Positions 25,131 to 39,997 of a DNA stretch of 64,000 nucleotides are shown here, piece after piece. Below the pieces are notes generated by a model. It did no database searches, had not been told where the DNA came from, and worked only from the letters and a program-made list of their open reading frames with translations. Location: the NCBI GenBank assembly GCA_977017645.1, contig OZ360220.1, positions 128,960,001-129,024,000 of the forward strand, written 5' to 3'. Each line of letters opens with the position of its first letter. The stretch's first letter is position 1. The translations under genes were made by a program, and so were the position numbers. This DNA is from Torpedo marmorata. Lineage: Eukaryota.

Positions 25131-28100
25131 GTTCTAAAAGAAAAAATGTACAATATAGTGATAGGATACAGATCAGTATCCTCAATAGGGCACATATTAA
25201 TTTGTATTTATACAGCATCCTTAATATAGTTAAACGTCCCAGTGTCAAACAGAATTTGATGCAACCACAGAATGAAATCAGAGCAGGTGATCAAAAGTTT
25301 GGTTAAAAGGTAGGTTTCAAGAAGCATCTTGGGTGGTGGAGAGACAGAGAAGTTTATGAATGGAAAACTGGAGCTTGGTGACGAGGAAAATAAGGGTTGG
25401 CTGCAAAATGGTAGAGTCTTTAGAATTGGGGATGGACAAGTACTTGGAACTAGTGATGCAGATACATAAAGCAACCAAAATAATCTTGATATATTTTTAA
25501 TGTTTTTTTCAAAACAACAATTACGGTAACCATATGCACTTTGATCAAAATATGCGAACAATTGTTTCAATTCTAAAATTTAGATGCAGACATTAAGTGC
25601 AATTTGTAAAAATTGTTTTTAAATACAAGTGCACATCATTTTGGGAAAACATTAACAGTCATTGGAATATCACACATTAAGTAAACCTTCATTGAAACAG
25701 AATCACAATTGAGAGCTTATATGGAAAAATCCCAAATGAAATGTCTCTTCCCTTCAAAACCTTCATAAGGTGATAGACGCTAATGGTTTGTACGCGAGCC
25801 AAGGATTTATTTTAAGAATTGGAGCATTTAGATAATGAACCCTGCTTAAGCTTACAGTAACCATTGGTCAGGCGATAGATAACACATAGCTGGAAGAGGG
25901 AAAATACAAATCAAAGGTCACAATCAACAGAAAAAAAAATCATCCCTTTATATAAGATAGATTTCTATTTGCCCAGTTGATATAAAGTTTGTGCCAAACC
26001 AGTAAATACTTTCCTTTCCTTGTTGCATTTCTGATGCACTGAATTGATTTAGATTTTTTATTTGATCTGTGCAAAATGCAGCAAACTTATAAACTTGCCA
26101 CTCATTAAATGGCTATCTTCAGCTATGAAATAAATGTTTACATTAGTAATGATGCAAAAATAATTTACTCGCTCACGATGAATATCTTCCAGTTCTATAT
26201 ACAGGTATTATACACTAGCAATTGACATTAATTCTTCCTGCACTGTAATTTAGTATGTTTCATTGTTGCCTTTGTCAATTCCTTAATCAATTCCCAAGTA
26301 ATTTAATGAAAACACACAAGCAGATCCATAGAATGACAGAAAGTAATTTGTTCCCGCCCTTATGCTGTTGATGACACTTGCAACTCTGTTTATGTAAATA
26401 CGCTTAAACCATAATGTTTTTATTCTGTACAGGATAGCACGTTTTTTGGGAGAAGACATACAGTACTTGTGAATGAGGCATTACTAGCTTCAGAGAACAA
26501 TTCCATATATAGTAGTTGTTTAACTTGCCTTTCTTTGCCTTCAATCCCAGTTCACCCACAAATGTTCAAAGTTTTTTGATGATTACAAATTTTGGCAGAT
26601 GCATGCAACTGTCTTCATTTAATTCAAAACTCTCTCAGTGGTATTGCAATTAATGGTGGGCAACATTACCTGCTAACTTGCCTTTGTCTTTCCCACCAGT
26701 CTCATTGTGCACACACAATGTTTTGCTTAAAAAATAACACAATTTTATAATGCCTCTTTCTGTTTTGAGACAACAGATTCACATCAATTCTTCACTGGAC
26801 TTAACAATCCCATATCTGGGCCAGGCAGAAATGTAGCACTCCAACTGTGGGATACTTGTTCCAAGGAGTACCGTCATCTTTCTAGGATATGTTCTTATCC
26901 AGCTCCGATAAACCCTGGAAGCAGTGGGAAGCTTATCAATGTTTTCTGTCCACACCTAGAAACTGCATCTGCCAACTCCATAGAATCCACTACTACTATT
27001 ACAGCTCTCAGGACAGCCAATTGCAAGTGGTAAAAACTTTATCATGGTAAATCAGTTTTACAACTCATCGTTTAATTCTTAACAATTCTAATTCTGAACA
27101 TCTTCACTCACCCCACAAGCACCAACTATTGGGCTTTCCCCACAAATGGAATATGCTGCAAAACCCCTGCATTCTAATCCTAATACAACAAAACCGATTG
27201 TATCATAAAAATTATATTCACTGCTAGACAGATATATAACTATTACACTGAGGTGGAACCAGTCAATGAAAGTGTTATTGTTCTCTCTTAGTGTCAATAT
27301 GCCCTGCATGGCTCTGTAGCATCAGCATAATAAAAGATAAGCAATTACAATAACTAGCTTTAAATGAACACTATTCTAACCATATTAAACTTGCTTCAGT
27401 GAACTTTAAAATAACACTGCACAATGGCAGAAACAAGTATTTCTGTTGCCACTTATTTTAATGCTCTTTGTTCAAACAATGACCATCACTTCTTCCCCAA
27501 TAAATATAAAGGGGCAGTGTTGAATGTGACACAAATGTGTGAATGAGTGAGAAACAGACACAGAGACTGTACATGAAAAACAATTTATGTTTTCTCATGC
27601 AAGGAGAGAAACCAACACCTACAGACCAGGAGCTTGCAAACCAAGTGGTCATGAAAAAGGAGATATGTACAATATATGAGAGACAGAAAACCAAGGAGCA
27701 AAAAATAATCCGACAGAGTATACAAGAAAGAAGCAGACTATTTCTTATATCTCATGAAAGGTAAGACAGAGATAAGCAGACACAATGCAATAACAAGTAC
27801 TTGCATGCATACACTTTTCATGAGGAATAATGCAAGGCACGGAGAGATAGACACAATCTGATTAGAAACTAGGATTACAACTGCAGTCGTAGGGTACTGT
27901 TAGTTTTCTCTGCATGGACACTTAATTCAGATACATCTTGCAGTGCTGCTGACTCTTTAACTGAGTTTTGAGCACATTGAACTTTTGCCAGATGTCAACA
28001 GAAATAATAAGTGCCTTCACAGGGTTGTGAAACATTACAAGACTATATTGACCAGAATAAGATTTTTTAAAAAGCCTTTGCCATTCATTGCATTCCAAAC

Positions 28101-31100
28101 AAAATATGTTTCAATCACAAAACTGTGTCCTACACAGTTAGCCAGAGAATATATTCTAAACATCAAATACTTAAATCCTAAACAAGTTGAATTTCTGCAC
28201 GCTGCTCTGAATGATGACTCCACAAAGAGCATGAATGGAGTGTCTATAATCTGAAAAAGCATTTTGACGTGCACTTGCAAGCTTAAAAACAATTGTCATA
28301 TTAGATGTCCTTTGCCCTCAGGAACTACAAATGAAATAGGGAAAAGATGGGAGAATTATAATTTTATTTATGGTTTTACCATGACTACCACCCACTCAAA
28401 CAAAAAATGAAAATTCAGGCACCTGTGATCATGAGAGAGGCAGTAAACAGAAGAGGGACTAAATTCAGGATGGAGACATAGGAGCTTTACATTCACACAT
28501 GAGAAATATTAATGGGAGAAAGATGTCAATAATTTAATATTAAGATTGCGACAGACAGTGTCTTGCCCAATATGAAATGAAAGACGCTCAGATGAATTAT
28601 TATTAGTCTTAAAATTAAATTTTTTGGAATATTTTCTATTTTCAAAGGTTTGTCCCAATGAAAGGTCAACAAACTGTCATACTGAAGATGGTCAAATATT
28701 TAATGGGTTGATGGAGTAAAACTATTTCTTCTGGTGTAGTGCAGAACAAGAGGACAACCATAAAACTGATGCCATGTTATTCAGGCATAATGTCAAGAAA
28801 CAAAAGGTGGATATCCTAAAGCTTGATGGTGACAGGGATCAATTGACCATTTAAAGACTAAGATTCCATGATTTTTGTTTAGTAAGATAACAGAACCAAT
28901 GGCAGAGAGGCAGAGTTAATACACACATCTGACCACGATTCAACAGAATGGCAATGAAGATAGGAGACTCATGACTGGAAGTTTGAAAAGGGTTATTTCA
29001 TTTACAAGTGCCGTGAATATGGTATACGTCGGGATTAACTGGAATAGGAATTTAACAAGATTTAAACAGAATTCATACCCTAAGATTCTCTCTGCAGCCC
29101 TTGAAAACAAATGTTTGAATACAGTACTTCCAAGTGAAATTAGTTTGCAATCTATGATATACTGACATCATGCCTGTGCAATACAGTAGCTTCTATCATG
29201 TTGAGCAAACAAGAAAGGGTTCCTTCTTCTTGAAAAGACAAGCAAGTCCACTCTTCATAGAGAATAAAATGGCAATTAGAGAAGGATACAATGTGAGAAA
29301 AAATAAGGCAGAGCAGAATGGGGCTTCAAACCATTAGAATACTCCATATCTTGATATCGTATTGTAACCCTGAAGATGTAACCATCAAACGAAGTGAACT
29401 ACAGTATGTGGAAGCATCACAGAGCAGTTACAGAAGAAATTGAACCGTTTTATTTTGACAGCTGGCTGCTGAACCCTTAGTTTCTTCCTTTAATTGCTGT
29501 GATTTTAAAGTTACCAGTTTCTTTTGTCAACCCAAAACAGAAAAAGATTGTAAGTTGGTCTTGCTGGCCGCTCCATTCAGATTTTCGTTAACTTTGCATA
29601 ATACTGAAATGGACAGCAAAGTACTGATCAAATGCAAGATCATCTGATGTACTACGTGTGGTAATTGTATTAAAAAATCCTTTATTGTTAGGTGGATGGA
29701 GAGGCCAACCCTTGGACCTCAAAAAATGCATCTAGAACTTTAAGCAAAGTGGTGATTTCAGCTAAAAATTGTGATACTTGCTACTGTTACTTGCTTCAAT
29801 TTTCAAAACACCAAGTACAAAATTACACAGACCTGAGACTGATTGAACTTTAGGACTCTAGGATAAATTTAAATGCATGCAAACATTTTAAATCTAGAAT
29901 AGTGATATTTTCTGAATCTACATATGTCACAAAATAATTCATGCTGCCTTCACACTTCATTATGGAATATAATTGTCCCCCAAGAACTGTCAAGATTGTG
30001 GCTTTGATCAAAGGTAACACCAATGACGGGAATTCAATGATAAAAGCTTAGACCCATCCATTTTTGTGTTAATATTATTTTACATGGATGCTGATATCAA
30101 TGATATATTTGCAATGTCAGGTTAAATCCAAAATCATGTGATTCAAATAGGGATCACATAAGTTTAGAAATCACATTCAGCGATGATGATGGACAAATAC
30201 GAAAACAAATTTAGCTGCGAGTCATCTTGGTAACCCATTTTTAAAAAGGGGTTAATGTCAGGAATAGAAACAAAAATATTCCAGTTCTGATAATTCTGGC
30301 ATCATCTCAGCATTCCAGTCATTTTTGTAAGAAGTGAAGCTTTCTTTTAACTATAAATGTCAAGGCAATTTAGTATTATAACAAATGTGTAGTAAAGGAA
30401 AGCAGTGAAACGTTTAGAGGAGCTAGAATTAGCTACAAACTTGACATTTGCCCATTTGGAGCAGGCATTTAAAGATTAATCTCAACAACTTCAGATGCTT
30501 TTTTTCTACATATACAAACTGTTTTTGGACATTGGCTGAAATCCTTATAATTGTTAAACATTTCTTTAGAATATTTTAAATAAAACTGAATTCTCTGTCA
30601 ACCCCATCTTAAACAAATACAACATAAGCATGGGTTAAAGGTGTAAATTTAAGAGAACTGAATTCACTTTGGACAATGTATCCCAAAATTCTTAACGTTT
30701 AACTCCTTCTACCACTCTTTCCAAGAGTACCAATAAATTTAATCTCTAAAAATATTATACAGTTTCATTTGGGAGATTGGAGGGTAATTCCAATCTTAAC
30801 TACAGGTGTATCTGTGGTAATATGACCCACTGGTCCATATGACATTTAGTAAATCTGAGAGTTTAAGGTAAATTACTAGCTTTGATACAGCAGCTGAAAT
30901 ATTAAGGAACAAAACATTTTGCATTTTGTCCAAATCAGCAATTATTACATCTCACTCTGGAAGGCAATCAGTGTGAAAGTACATATAATCAATCAAACGT
31001 TGCTCAAGACTATGAAAAAAAGAATGTCCACAATATTCTTTTGTTGGACGTAGAGACAATATTTACTACCACAGACTGTAGGGCAGACCTGTAAAATATT

Positions 31101-31855
31101 GCCCCGATACTCAAGGAGGTTTTGGTCAATCACATGCTAGTCCATCGAAACAACAAAAATTTCAATTTATATGACCATATTCCTGCAGATACTGAAAATC
31201 TGTTAAAGATCATCGCACATCTCAACAATAATGACAAGTGAGAAGTTTGCAATTCAAAGCAATATTAACAAGTGTTTTTGGTGTAGTTTAGGCTTTTTCA
31301 ATTGAAGTATCTGATTCAGTGACTGATCTTTTACCCTCTGAGCAATCTGTCACAAACCGTCCAGAGATCTCCATCACATCAATAAAGAGAGCAAACCTCT
31401 GGCGCCAACTAAGAATATCATATAATTGTGCTTTTGCTTCCTTTACTTCTGTGATAAGTGTTTGTTTACCAACTTCTACCATATTTTTTCATTAGAAGGT
31501 CATTGCCTTCATTTGGAGTGCAATTTTAAATACATACGAACATACAAGCACTATACTTAGCACCATCAGTGCATATCGATGAGAGAGAGAGAGAGAATTT
31601 CCGAGGGTTCCCACCCCATGAGTTGGGGAGGCAGTTTACGAGGGACGGAGGGAAAGGTGAGGGTTAGTGGGTGGTGACACAAATGGAACAAGGTGAGAAA
31701 AATCACAGGATTGCACAGTACAGAGTAAAGGACCTCTTTAGCCACACACTGTGTGGAGAAGTTTTCTCAGAAGGCACTACAGACCTTCACACCACATATT
31801 TGCTGCATGTGCGTATCGGGCAGTTTCTGGAATATGAAGCAGATTTGCAATGTTG

Positions 31856-31921
31856 CTATGCAGAATCCTGCAGTTCTTTTGCTTTCTTCAGGATCAGGTC
31901 AACATCAGAAATTGGATAATC
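31856..31921 (-). CDS. TBC1D13: TBC1 domain family member 13, exon 12 (last)
   Basis: ctcaccag|DYPISDVDLILKKAKELQDSA-TAG. Confidence 0.93.
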   Translation of the reverse strand, partial: DYPISDVDLILKKAKELQDSA

Positions 31922-32029
31922 CTGGTGAGGAGTGTGGGGGAAAAAGCAACATTATATACCAACAAATATTTGAACATCTCCACTTTCAGAATATTTCATG
32001 GGGCATATTTATAGCTTTAAGGGTTACAT

Positions 32030-32372
32030 TTATGTATCCCAAAGCACTTGTTCAATAACAAAATTAACAGAGGAAATATGATAATCAATTTACACAACAT
32101 AATCTGTTTTGTTTTAATCAGTGATGGTTAAGACATAAATATTGGCCACACACTGGAGACAGAATGCCACATTAGTGTTCCTGGAACTTTTATATTTGTG
32201 AGGTAAGAGAGGCACCTGTTTAACATCCCATCTGAGTAGTGGCATTTCCCACAGTGTAGTATTCCCTCAATTTGCACTGGGAGTGTCAGTATGGATTACA
32301 TTTTGGAGTAGGACCAGAATAAACACCCCTAACTCGGAGACTAGAATTCATTCAAAAGAGCCACAACTGACA
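32030..32372 (-). mobile_element. Deu-domain SINE (SacSINE1/AmnSINE-like)
   Basis: gtttaacatcccatctga...acagtgtagtattccctca...gcactgggagtgtcag resembles the Deu core. Confidence 0.6.
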
Positions 32373-32559
32373 TCTAAACGCACAGCTCACCAACACTTAG
32401 AAAGCTGAATTGACAATGGCTACCTTGCTTTTCTTGTGCCCTGGAAATGGACTCTCCAAGCATCACATAAACCATTTTGAGTCTAAACTGAATTGGAACT
32501 AAACAGCAACACTCAGTACATGAAATCCAGTTTCATACCCTGCAAAGTGCAAACTGGAA

Positions 32560-33259
32560 GTGCAAAGGGACTTGGGGGTCCTTGTGCGAGATAACCTAAA
32601 GGTTAACCACCAGGTTGGATCGGCAGTAAAGAAAACGAATGCTATGTTGGCATTCATTTCAAGAGGAATAGTGTATTAGAGTAAAGAGGTGTTGATGAGG
32701 CTCTATGGGGCACTGGTGAGACCTCGTTTGGAGCACTGTGTGCAGTTTTGGGCCCCTGAGAAGGGATGGAGAGAGTACAGAGATTTACCAGGATGATTCC
32801 TGGAATGCAAGGGCTAACATATGAGGAACATTTAGCAGCTCTTGGACTGTGTTCATTGGAGTATAGAAGAATGAGAGGGGATCTCATAGAAACATTTTGA
32901 ATACTGAAAGGATTGGACAGAGTAGATGGAAATAAGATGTTTCCCTTGGTGGGTGAATCCAGGACAAGAGGGCACAGTCTTAGAATTAGAAGGTACCCAT
33001 TTAGAACAGAGATGAGGAGGAATTTCTTTAGCCAGAGGGTCGTGGATTTGTGGAATTCGTTGCCACATACAGCTGTGGAGGCCCGATCATTGGGGGATTT
33101 TAAGGAGGAGATTGATAGGTATCTGATTGGTCAGCGTATCAAGGGATATGGGGAAAAGGCCGGAAATTGGAATTAGATGCGAGAACAGTTTAGCTCAGGG
33201 TGGAGTTGCGGAGCAGACTCGATGGGCCGAATAGCCTACTTCTGTTCCTTTATCTTATG
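32560..33259 (+). mobile_element. CR1 LINE 3' fragment, relatively young
   Basis: ORF 32913-33176 (GESRTRGHSLRI...RVVDLWNSLP); CR1 3'UTR gatgggccgaatagcctacttctg. Confidence 0.9.
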
Positions 33260-35109
33260 AAAAATAGAAATAAACTCATGCACAAACTCTGGTCAGATAA
33301 ACACCAAGTTTCCTATGTCCACATAGTGCTCTGGAGAATATAAACAAGTTTCTGTGGTTACATTCTACGAGTTGGGACCTAGCTGATTTGATTTTGTATC
33401 AGCAGCCTGTGATATATCTATATAATTATCTGTGATAATTTCAGAATACTACACAACACAGGGGTCAATTGTACCAGCTTTTTAAAAAGACAGATACAGT
33501 TCGCTTCACTTCCATGTTCATTCCTCAGAGCTATGCAAGTTTTTATTCTTTATACATATTTAATACCCAATGTAAGTTATTACTGAACCTACTCCAGATT
33601 ATAACTTGCAAAACAAAAGAAATTTGCCTCATCTCACTTCCCACGTATTATGTAGCTGCATCCAAATCAGCTGTATTCTCATGTGTGTGGAATACATTCT
33701 TCATCCCACATAAACAATTGGGATATCATAAAATCTCAGCAGTACAGCCATCTTTCATATCTAAGCATTGAAACAATTAAGATGTCATTTTCATTGGATT
33801 TAAAGATGAAATAATTATTATTTTTATGATAGCAAAAAGAGAAAGGGAAGTCTCATCTTATTTTAAAATAAGCACCACTTTTAATCATAAGGTGTCATAC
33901 CCAGAGAGAGTTGAATTGGAAATAGACTCTTCAAATGGATATCATGATTCTCCAAATTTCTAAACATATCACACTGACCAGATGAATCTCAGAATTTTGA
34001 ATGAACAGTACAAGAGTGGAAATTCTAGTCATAATAGCATGCATTATCACCTCTAATATAGCAAAACATCCCATGACTTTTCAAAGATTTTTAATCAAAC
34101 AAAATTTAATGTAGACATCAGGGTGGGAGGCCAATGTTTGATAAGAGCAAGAGTTAAAAAAAAACAAAAAACAGGAAATGCTCCAAATACTTAACAAGAC
34201 ACACAACATCTTTAAAAGACCACTGACAGAAGTGGAAAAGAGAAATTTTAGAGGGGTTGGAGAAAGAATCCTGGGTTTAGCAAAACAATGGCTGTCCACT
34301 GATGGAAGGAGGAAGAAAGTTATGCACAAGAGACCAGAATTGGATGAGTACAGCAACCTGAGTGTTTTTTGGGCTGGAAGAATCGCAGAGGGAGAAGTAG
34401 GAAGTCAGCATTGAATTTGGCAACTCTCCAGCAGGGAATCACACCTTTGGTAATTTCAAGGAAGCATTCTTCAATACTCGTGCAAGACCTCCAGAGAAAG
34501 AGCCCTATCATATCACAGTGTCAAAACCATGCAAATCCTACTTAGCCAACTAACTTCTTGCAAGGCACGTTAGAAGTTCAAGAAACTCTGTGACTTTTAC
34601 AAACCATCAGATTGTTGGCCCAATGCCAAGCTTCTGGTTGAACCTAAAATGTCTGCAGTACAATATTAGCCACAGAACCCGTTGCCAAAGCTCTCAAGAC
34701 TTCCACATTCAGACCATTCTAACACTCTGCTGGACAGGCTCATGTCAACCACAAACTTCAACACATCCAAAACTGTGTCTGGATTGGCATCAAGTTACAC
34801 TCATCTGTCCCATCCTTGCTGATCTACATTGACTCCTGCTATTCCATTGATTCCAATTTAAAATTCTCATATTGTTCAATGGCTGTGTACACATCCCTTC
34901 TCAACCATTGTAACCCATTTCAATATGCAATGTACCTGAAATCCACAGAGCTTAGGTGCAACGTCAAAAGTTAACAACTCCCATCTACCAACTACACACC
35001 AGAGTTTAATTGAACACACTAGTAAACTTCAGGCCGCCGCCTGGGCTGTGGTACTGGGTTGTGGCATCTTCACTGAAATCATGGAAGCATTAAGACACAA
35101 GAAGTGAGA

Positions 35110-35948
35110 AATCTGAAATAAAAACAGAAAATGCTGGAAACATTCAGCAGATCCGGCAGCTGAAAAAGAGAAACAGAGTTAACATTCTTCATTAGAACTA
35201 GGAAAGAGAAAATAAATGTGTTTAAAGTTATAGAGAGTGAATGAGGGATGGATAGGGCAAAGAGAATATATCTGACAAGATGGAGCCAGGATTGCCATGC
35301 AAGGCACTTTGACTGAAAACAAGCAGAGGGCCATGTAAAGGCTGTGAAACACAGATCAGAGGTATAGGAAATGCTCAACAAATCAGGCAGTGTCAGTGGA
35401 AAGAGAAAACTGAGCAAATATTACAGATGGACAATCTACAGCATCATTGATTAGTTATGATACAAACAGGGATACCTAGTTCCCAGAAATTGTTTAATTG
35501 GATATTGAGCCTTGAAGACAGCAACATGTCCAGACTTCAACTTTTGTCTGTGCACATTGCAGCCTTTAAGTCTTAATATCCAATTCAACAATTTCAGCAA
35601 TTGGTCTCTTCTTTCTCCATTGACCTTGCTTGATCTGCTGGTCATTTCATACACCTCTGACCTGCGTTTTACAGCCTTTATGCCTTTTTCATTGTTCGTT
35701 TTCCCTCTCTCTCACTGCTTCATTAATCTATCAACTAGATCACCTCATGAACAATTTAAAACCATGGCAATCCTGGCATCACCCTGTAAGAGATATTCTC
35801 TTTGACCTATTCATCTTTCCTCACCCTTTCTGCTAATTTGTTTTCTCTCTTTCTGGGTCTGATGAAGGGTTTTCAACTTGAAACATTAAACTGTTTCTCT
35901 TCCACCAATGCTGCCTGACCTGCTGAGTGATTGCAGCATTCTCTGCAC
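35110..35948. repeat. Long imperfect inverted repeat of Penelope-like terminal sequence
   Basis: ~35110-35410 pairs with ~35600-35948 (e.g. gccaggattgccatg / catggcaatcctggc). Confidence 0.65.
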
Positions 35949-36109
35949 ATCCAGAATACTAGTTATCAAAATGAGGGTCAAAACATGCTGCTTCACAACT
36001 TGCTGACAGAACTTGGTTTTATCACTTAACACGTTGCTTTTGGGCTCTGACATTCTTTTGGACTAATGTAAACTACAAACCTAATGCCTTCCAGATAAAA
36101 ATGATTTTG

Positions 36110-36445
36110 TAGTTCTGGAGTGGATACTCTGAATCAAGCTTCCACTCCAGAGACGAGATTCACATCACTAGTTATGTACCGGTTAAAGGCTGCGATCCTT
36201 GGGTGGGACATTAAATTAAGATGGCCAACTGTTCTCCTACATGGCATACTATGTTGAAGAGCGAGGGAATTCACTATTGTGTCTTGACTAACGTCACTAA
36301 AACACAATATGTCATCACTGCTCCTTGTGAGAATGTGCTGGATGCAAACTGGTTAAGTGTCCTTTAGTCAGCAATGACTATATTTTACCAAGAGCATTTG
36401 AACACCCAGAGGTCAGAAAGAAAAGTGTGATATAAATGCAGGAGT
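36110..36445 (+). mobile_element. Deu-domain SINE remnant
   Basis: gggacattaaa...catggcatactatgttgaagag...gatataaatgcag, opposite orientation to the 32030-32372 copy. Confidence 0.5.
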
Positions 36446-39400
36446 TTTCTTTAGAGGCTGTCTGATCTGTTGCCTTTCCAGTTTTCTGTTTTTATTTCAG
36501 ATTGCCAGCATCTGCAGTATATTGATTTTACTTCAGTACTTTATTAAAGTTTATTTTTATAATAGTGCCCAAATGAACAGTAGAACATAGATTGTTGTGG
36601 GAAGAAAAAAACTACCGATGCTCTTTTAACTCTGAAAGACAAAGCTTTTTTGCTAATGCCAAACCAAATTATAAATGATTGCAACCACCCCAACTTCTTG
36701 GTCTTTTTTAAAGTTATAGATTTTCTAGTACTCACCAAATACTGGGCCTTTGGGACAGTGAAATCCCCCACCTGATCTTTGGAGATGGGACACAAAGGCA
36801 CTTCCCAGCGTGCTGCTTTTCGAAAGGAACCTACTGTCTGATAAGAGGAAGTCACTTATCAAGTTTGAATTAGGAAGCATCTTGTTCATGAGACAGGCGA
36901 GAACTGAGATGACAAGTCAGACATTTAGAAATGGTAAATACAAGCAGCCATAAACATAGAGTCAAATTTACACAGTTAGACAAACCACTTCAAGGAAACA
37001 GAGAGATGCATCTAGACAGGCAAAAGAACTGATGCACACAAGCAAAGTCAAACAAATATGCATGGGCAGAAAGTGGAATAAGCAGTTTTACACAGACATA
37101 GGTAAAAACAAACCATAGAGCCAAACACTGACATATGCAGATATGCAAGCAAAAGTGGACAGAGATGCAAAAGTAGACAGAGATGTCCATAAAAAGTAAA
37201 AACACACAGAAATGCTGGAAGAACTCAGCCGGTCTCCCAGCGTCCATAGGACATAAAGATATATTACCGACATTTTGGGCCTGAGCCCTTCTTCAAGGTA
37301 TGAATTCAGAGATGTTCATGCCAGAATGTGTAAAGGGAAGGACTTAGGCAGGTGAACACAGTCAAAGGTGGACAGACATACTGAGATGGGCATTCACACA
37401 CATCTGCAGAGATGAGCACAGACACTCTAGTGTGAAGTACATTCATTAGAAATGGTAGGAAATTAAAGGCCCAAGTTTTGCAAAAATCCAATGCAACGTT
37501 ATTAAAGCAGAGAGAAAGGGAATACTTTTTAGCAAGATTACATTAAAGAGGTCTGAGGACACCAGGTCACTAAGTATCTCACTAAACTTGCTTTCAGCCT
37601 GTTAGTGACCCCAAAGTCTACTGCAGACCCAAAGCAGAAGTCACCATCTTAAGGCAGAAAAGAGATTAGAAAATCAAAATAAGGATAAAACACTTGAATG
37701 GGTTTATTTTTTAAATGAAGAAACAGACAATTGAGAAAAATTATCATAAATCAAAATTTGGATTAATACAGATCCCCCTTTTAAGAGTAAGTTTGTTGCA
37801 GGATGATGCAGTTATTCTAATGATTACACAAATATAACACAATATGACCATTTTATACTATGATTACGGTTCTGAAACGAAATAACTTGATAATCAGCAT
37901 TTCAACTTTTCATGAGACTGGAACAACAAACATCCTGCCTAACTGCATTCCCATACCACAGTATGGATCATTTTTGATTATAATGGAAGATTGCATGGCA
38001 GCTGTGGTGAACAGGGCAGACAAATGGTAAAGTAATACTGGGAAGCTGCTCTGGTCACGTGGTCTCCGAAGGTTCAAGGATCTCAGTTAATTTAATAATA
38101 TTACTATATTATTAAATATTAATACCACATACAACACCTGAGCAAAAGCTAAATACGACTTCACTTAAATCCAAAATGATTTTAAGCAAGTCACTTTCTA
38201 TTTACTGTACTGTTTTGCACAAGGTGAAACATAATTCAATACACAAAACTCTGACCAGAATTTTAGCTCAGGGTTGTTAAAAGATTCATTTTCAGTCTTC
38301 AAATTAACTATGAATAGGAAATAACTATTCATAATTAAACTTTCCTGATATAGCCAGCTTTACTATTTTTAAACTGACTTTGCAAGGGTTCTCTCTGAAT
38401 GCTGCTCAGAAATTCATGATACAAGTTCAAACTCTCAAACAAGTGTGGTGAACTGCTTTTCTTTTTCTATCATCATCAATATCATTTTCATCTTTAGCCC
38501 ACAAAACTAAAAAAGTTCAATATCATCCAGGTCAAAGCAGTCCATTTTCAACACCAAGATTAAGAGTATGATCAAAGATAATTGCTGAAAGAGCAACTCA
38601 GTGAAAGAATGAGAGACATAGAAATGGCAAGCTTTAACAATGTGTTATAGATAAGAGAGAAGGACCTTGGCACCTAAAGTCACATCAGCCAATGGTGGAG
38701 CAGCCAAAATCACAGATTCTCAAGACACAACAAACGAACCTGTTCCTTGGGAAGGTGGATGGATGATGGACAAAGCATTGGAAAGCCAGAGGAGCATACA
38801 GAAAGTGGGAGGTTGAGGTCATGTTGGGATGTGAAAACAAAGGTAATAACTTTAAAAGTGGGAACTGAGTTCCTGCTTAAATGAGACCCAATAGTGTAAG
38901 TGAGCACAAGGATGATGAGAGACTAAAACCATGCAAGGCTTGAATGCAGACTTTCAGATGACTCAAGTTTGCAGAGTGTGAGGCATGAAGATGTGCAGAA
39001 GTAAATGGGATTCCCCACTAATAGAGGCAATAAGAGTAGCATTGTTAAAGCTTTCCTTCAGCGTATCCATTGTCTTCTGTGTGTTTCAGGATATAGGCTG
39101 GTTATTGTGGAAATTACATGCAAGAGTCAATTCTACAATGTTGCGAGATCTCACGTCACAGTAACAGCACATGTTCACTGTCACTTTATACACCTTTGCA
39201 ATCATAGGCGTCTCCAGAGCACTACTCAATGTGGGTGTTGGGGTGAGGGGAGTGGCACTCGAAGACCCATCTCCAAAAAAGGTGGTACTGTCCTGCTGAA
39301 AACAAAGGATCCAGCAAAGGGAGATACTAAGCTAGCGTAAGATAGAGCAGGAAACAAATGTTTATCAATGTAACTTAATAGATCCCTTTCACCTTGCAGA

Positions 39401-39939
39401 GCTCACACGAGAGAAACAGGGATCGTTGCAGCAAAACATTAAGTGTTACAAAACATAATGATAATGGCTGTACTGGTAGAGCTCAGTTTCCTCTGTAGAA
39501 TAGCAGAGTAACGTTTTAGCCATGTGGGAGCATTGATGCCCTTAAGTGAGATGATGCAGAATTTTCATCCTCATCTAACCCTGAGAATGGATCCTAGAGT
39601 TCAATTATGGGCATGTATCCAGAAGGATGGGTATGGGTGAATCCATTCCATACTGCAAGTCCATAATGCCTTCCCACAGTAACAGGATTAATCTCACCCT
39701 CTCCAATCAATTCATAATAGAGTTGTTATGGCAGAGATGGAACATTCATGTCAATGCCTATCAGACAATGATACAAGTGTGGAGGTACCTCAACAACACC
39801 ACCCTCGCCCTGCTGGTTTGTTAATCAGTCTAAGCTCTTCAAGTAGTAAAGTAGTTGCAATCTTATTTTGTTTTAACATTAATAACCTAGAGAATCTCAA
39901 ATGCAATTTCATGTGATTACATTTTTAACATTTCCTCAC

Positions 39940-39997
39940 CTGTAGCAGTCTCATGTTTATCGTGAAGTCTCCAGCAAGCAACTGATCCCGAATTAAA
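39940..39997 (-). CDS. TBC1D13: TBC1D13 exon 11
   Basis: LIRDQLLAGDFTINMRLLQ; ag/gt flanks; 58 nt. Confidence 0.93.
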
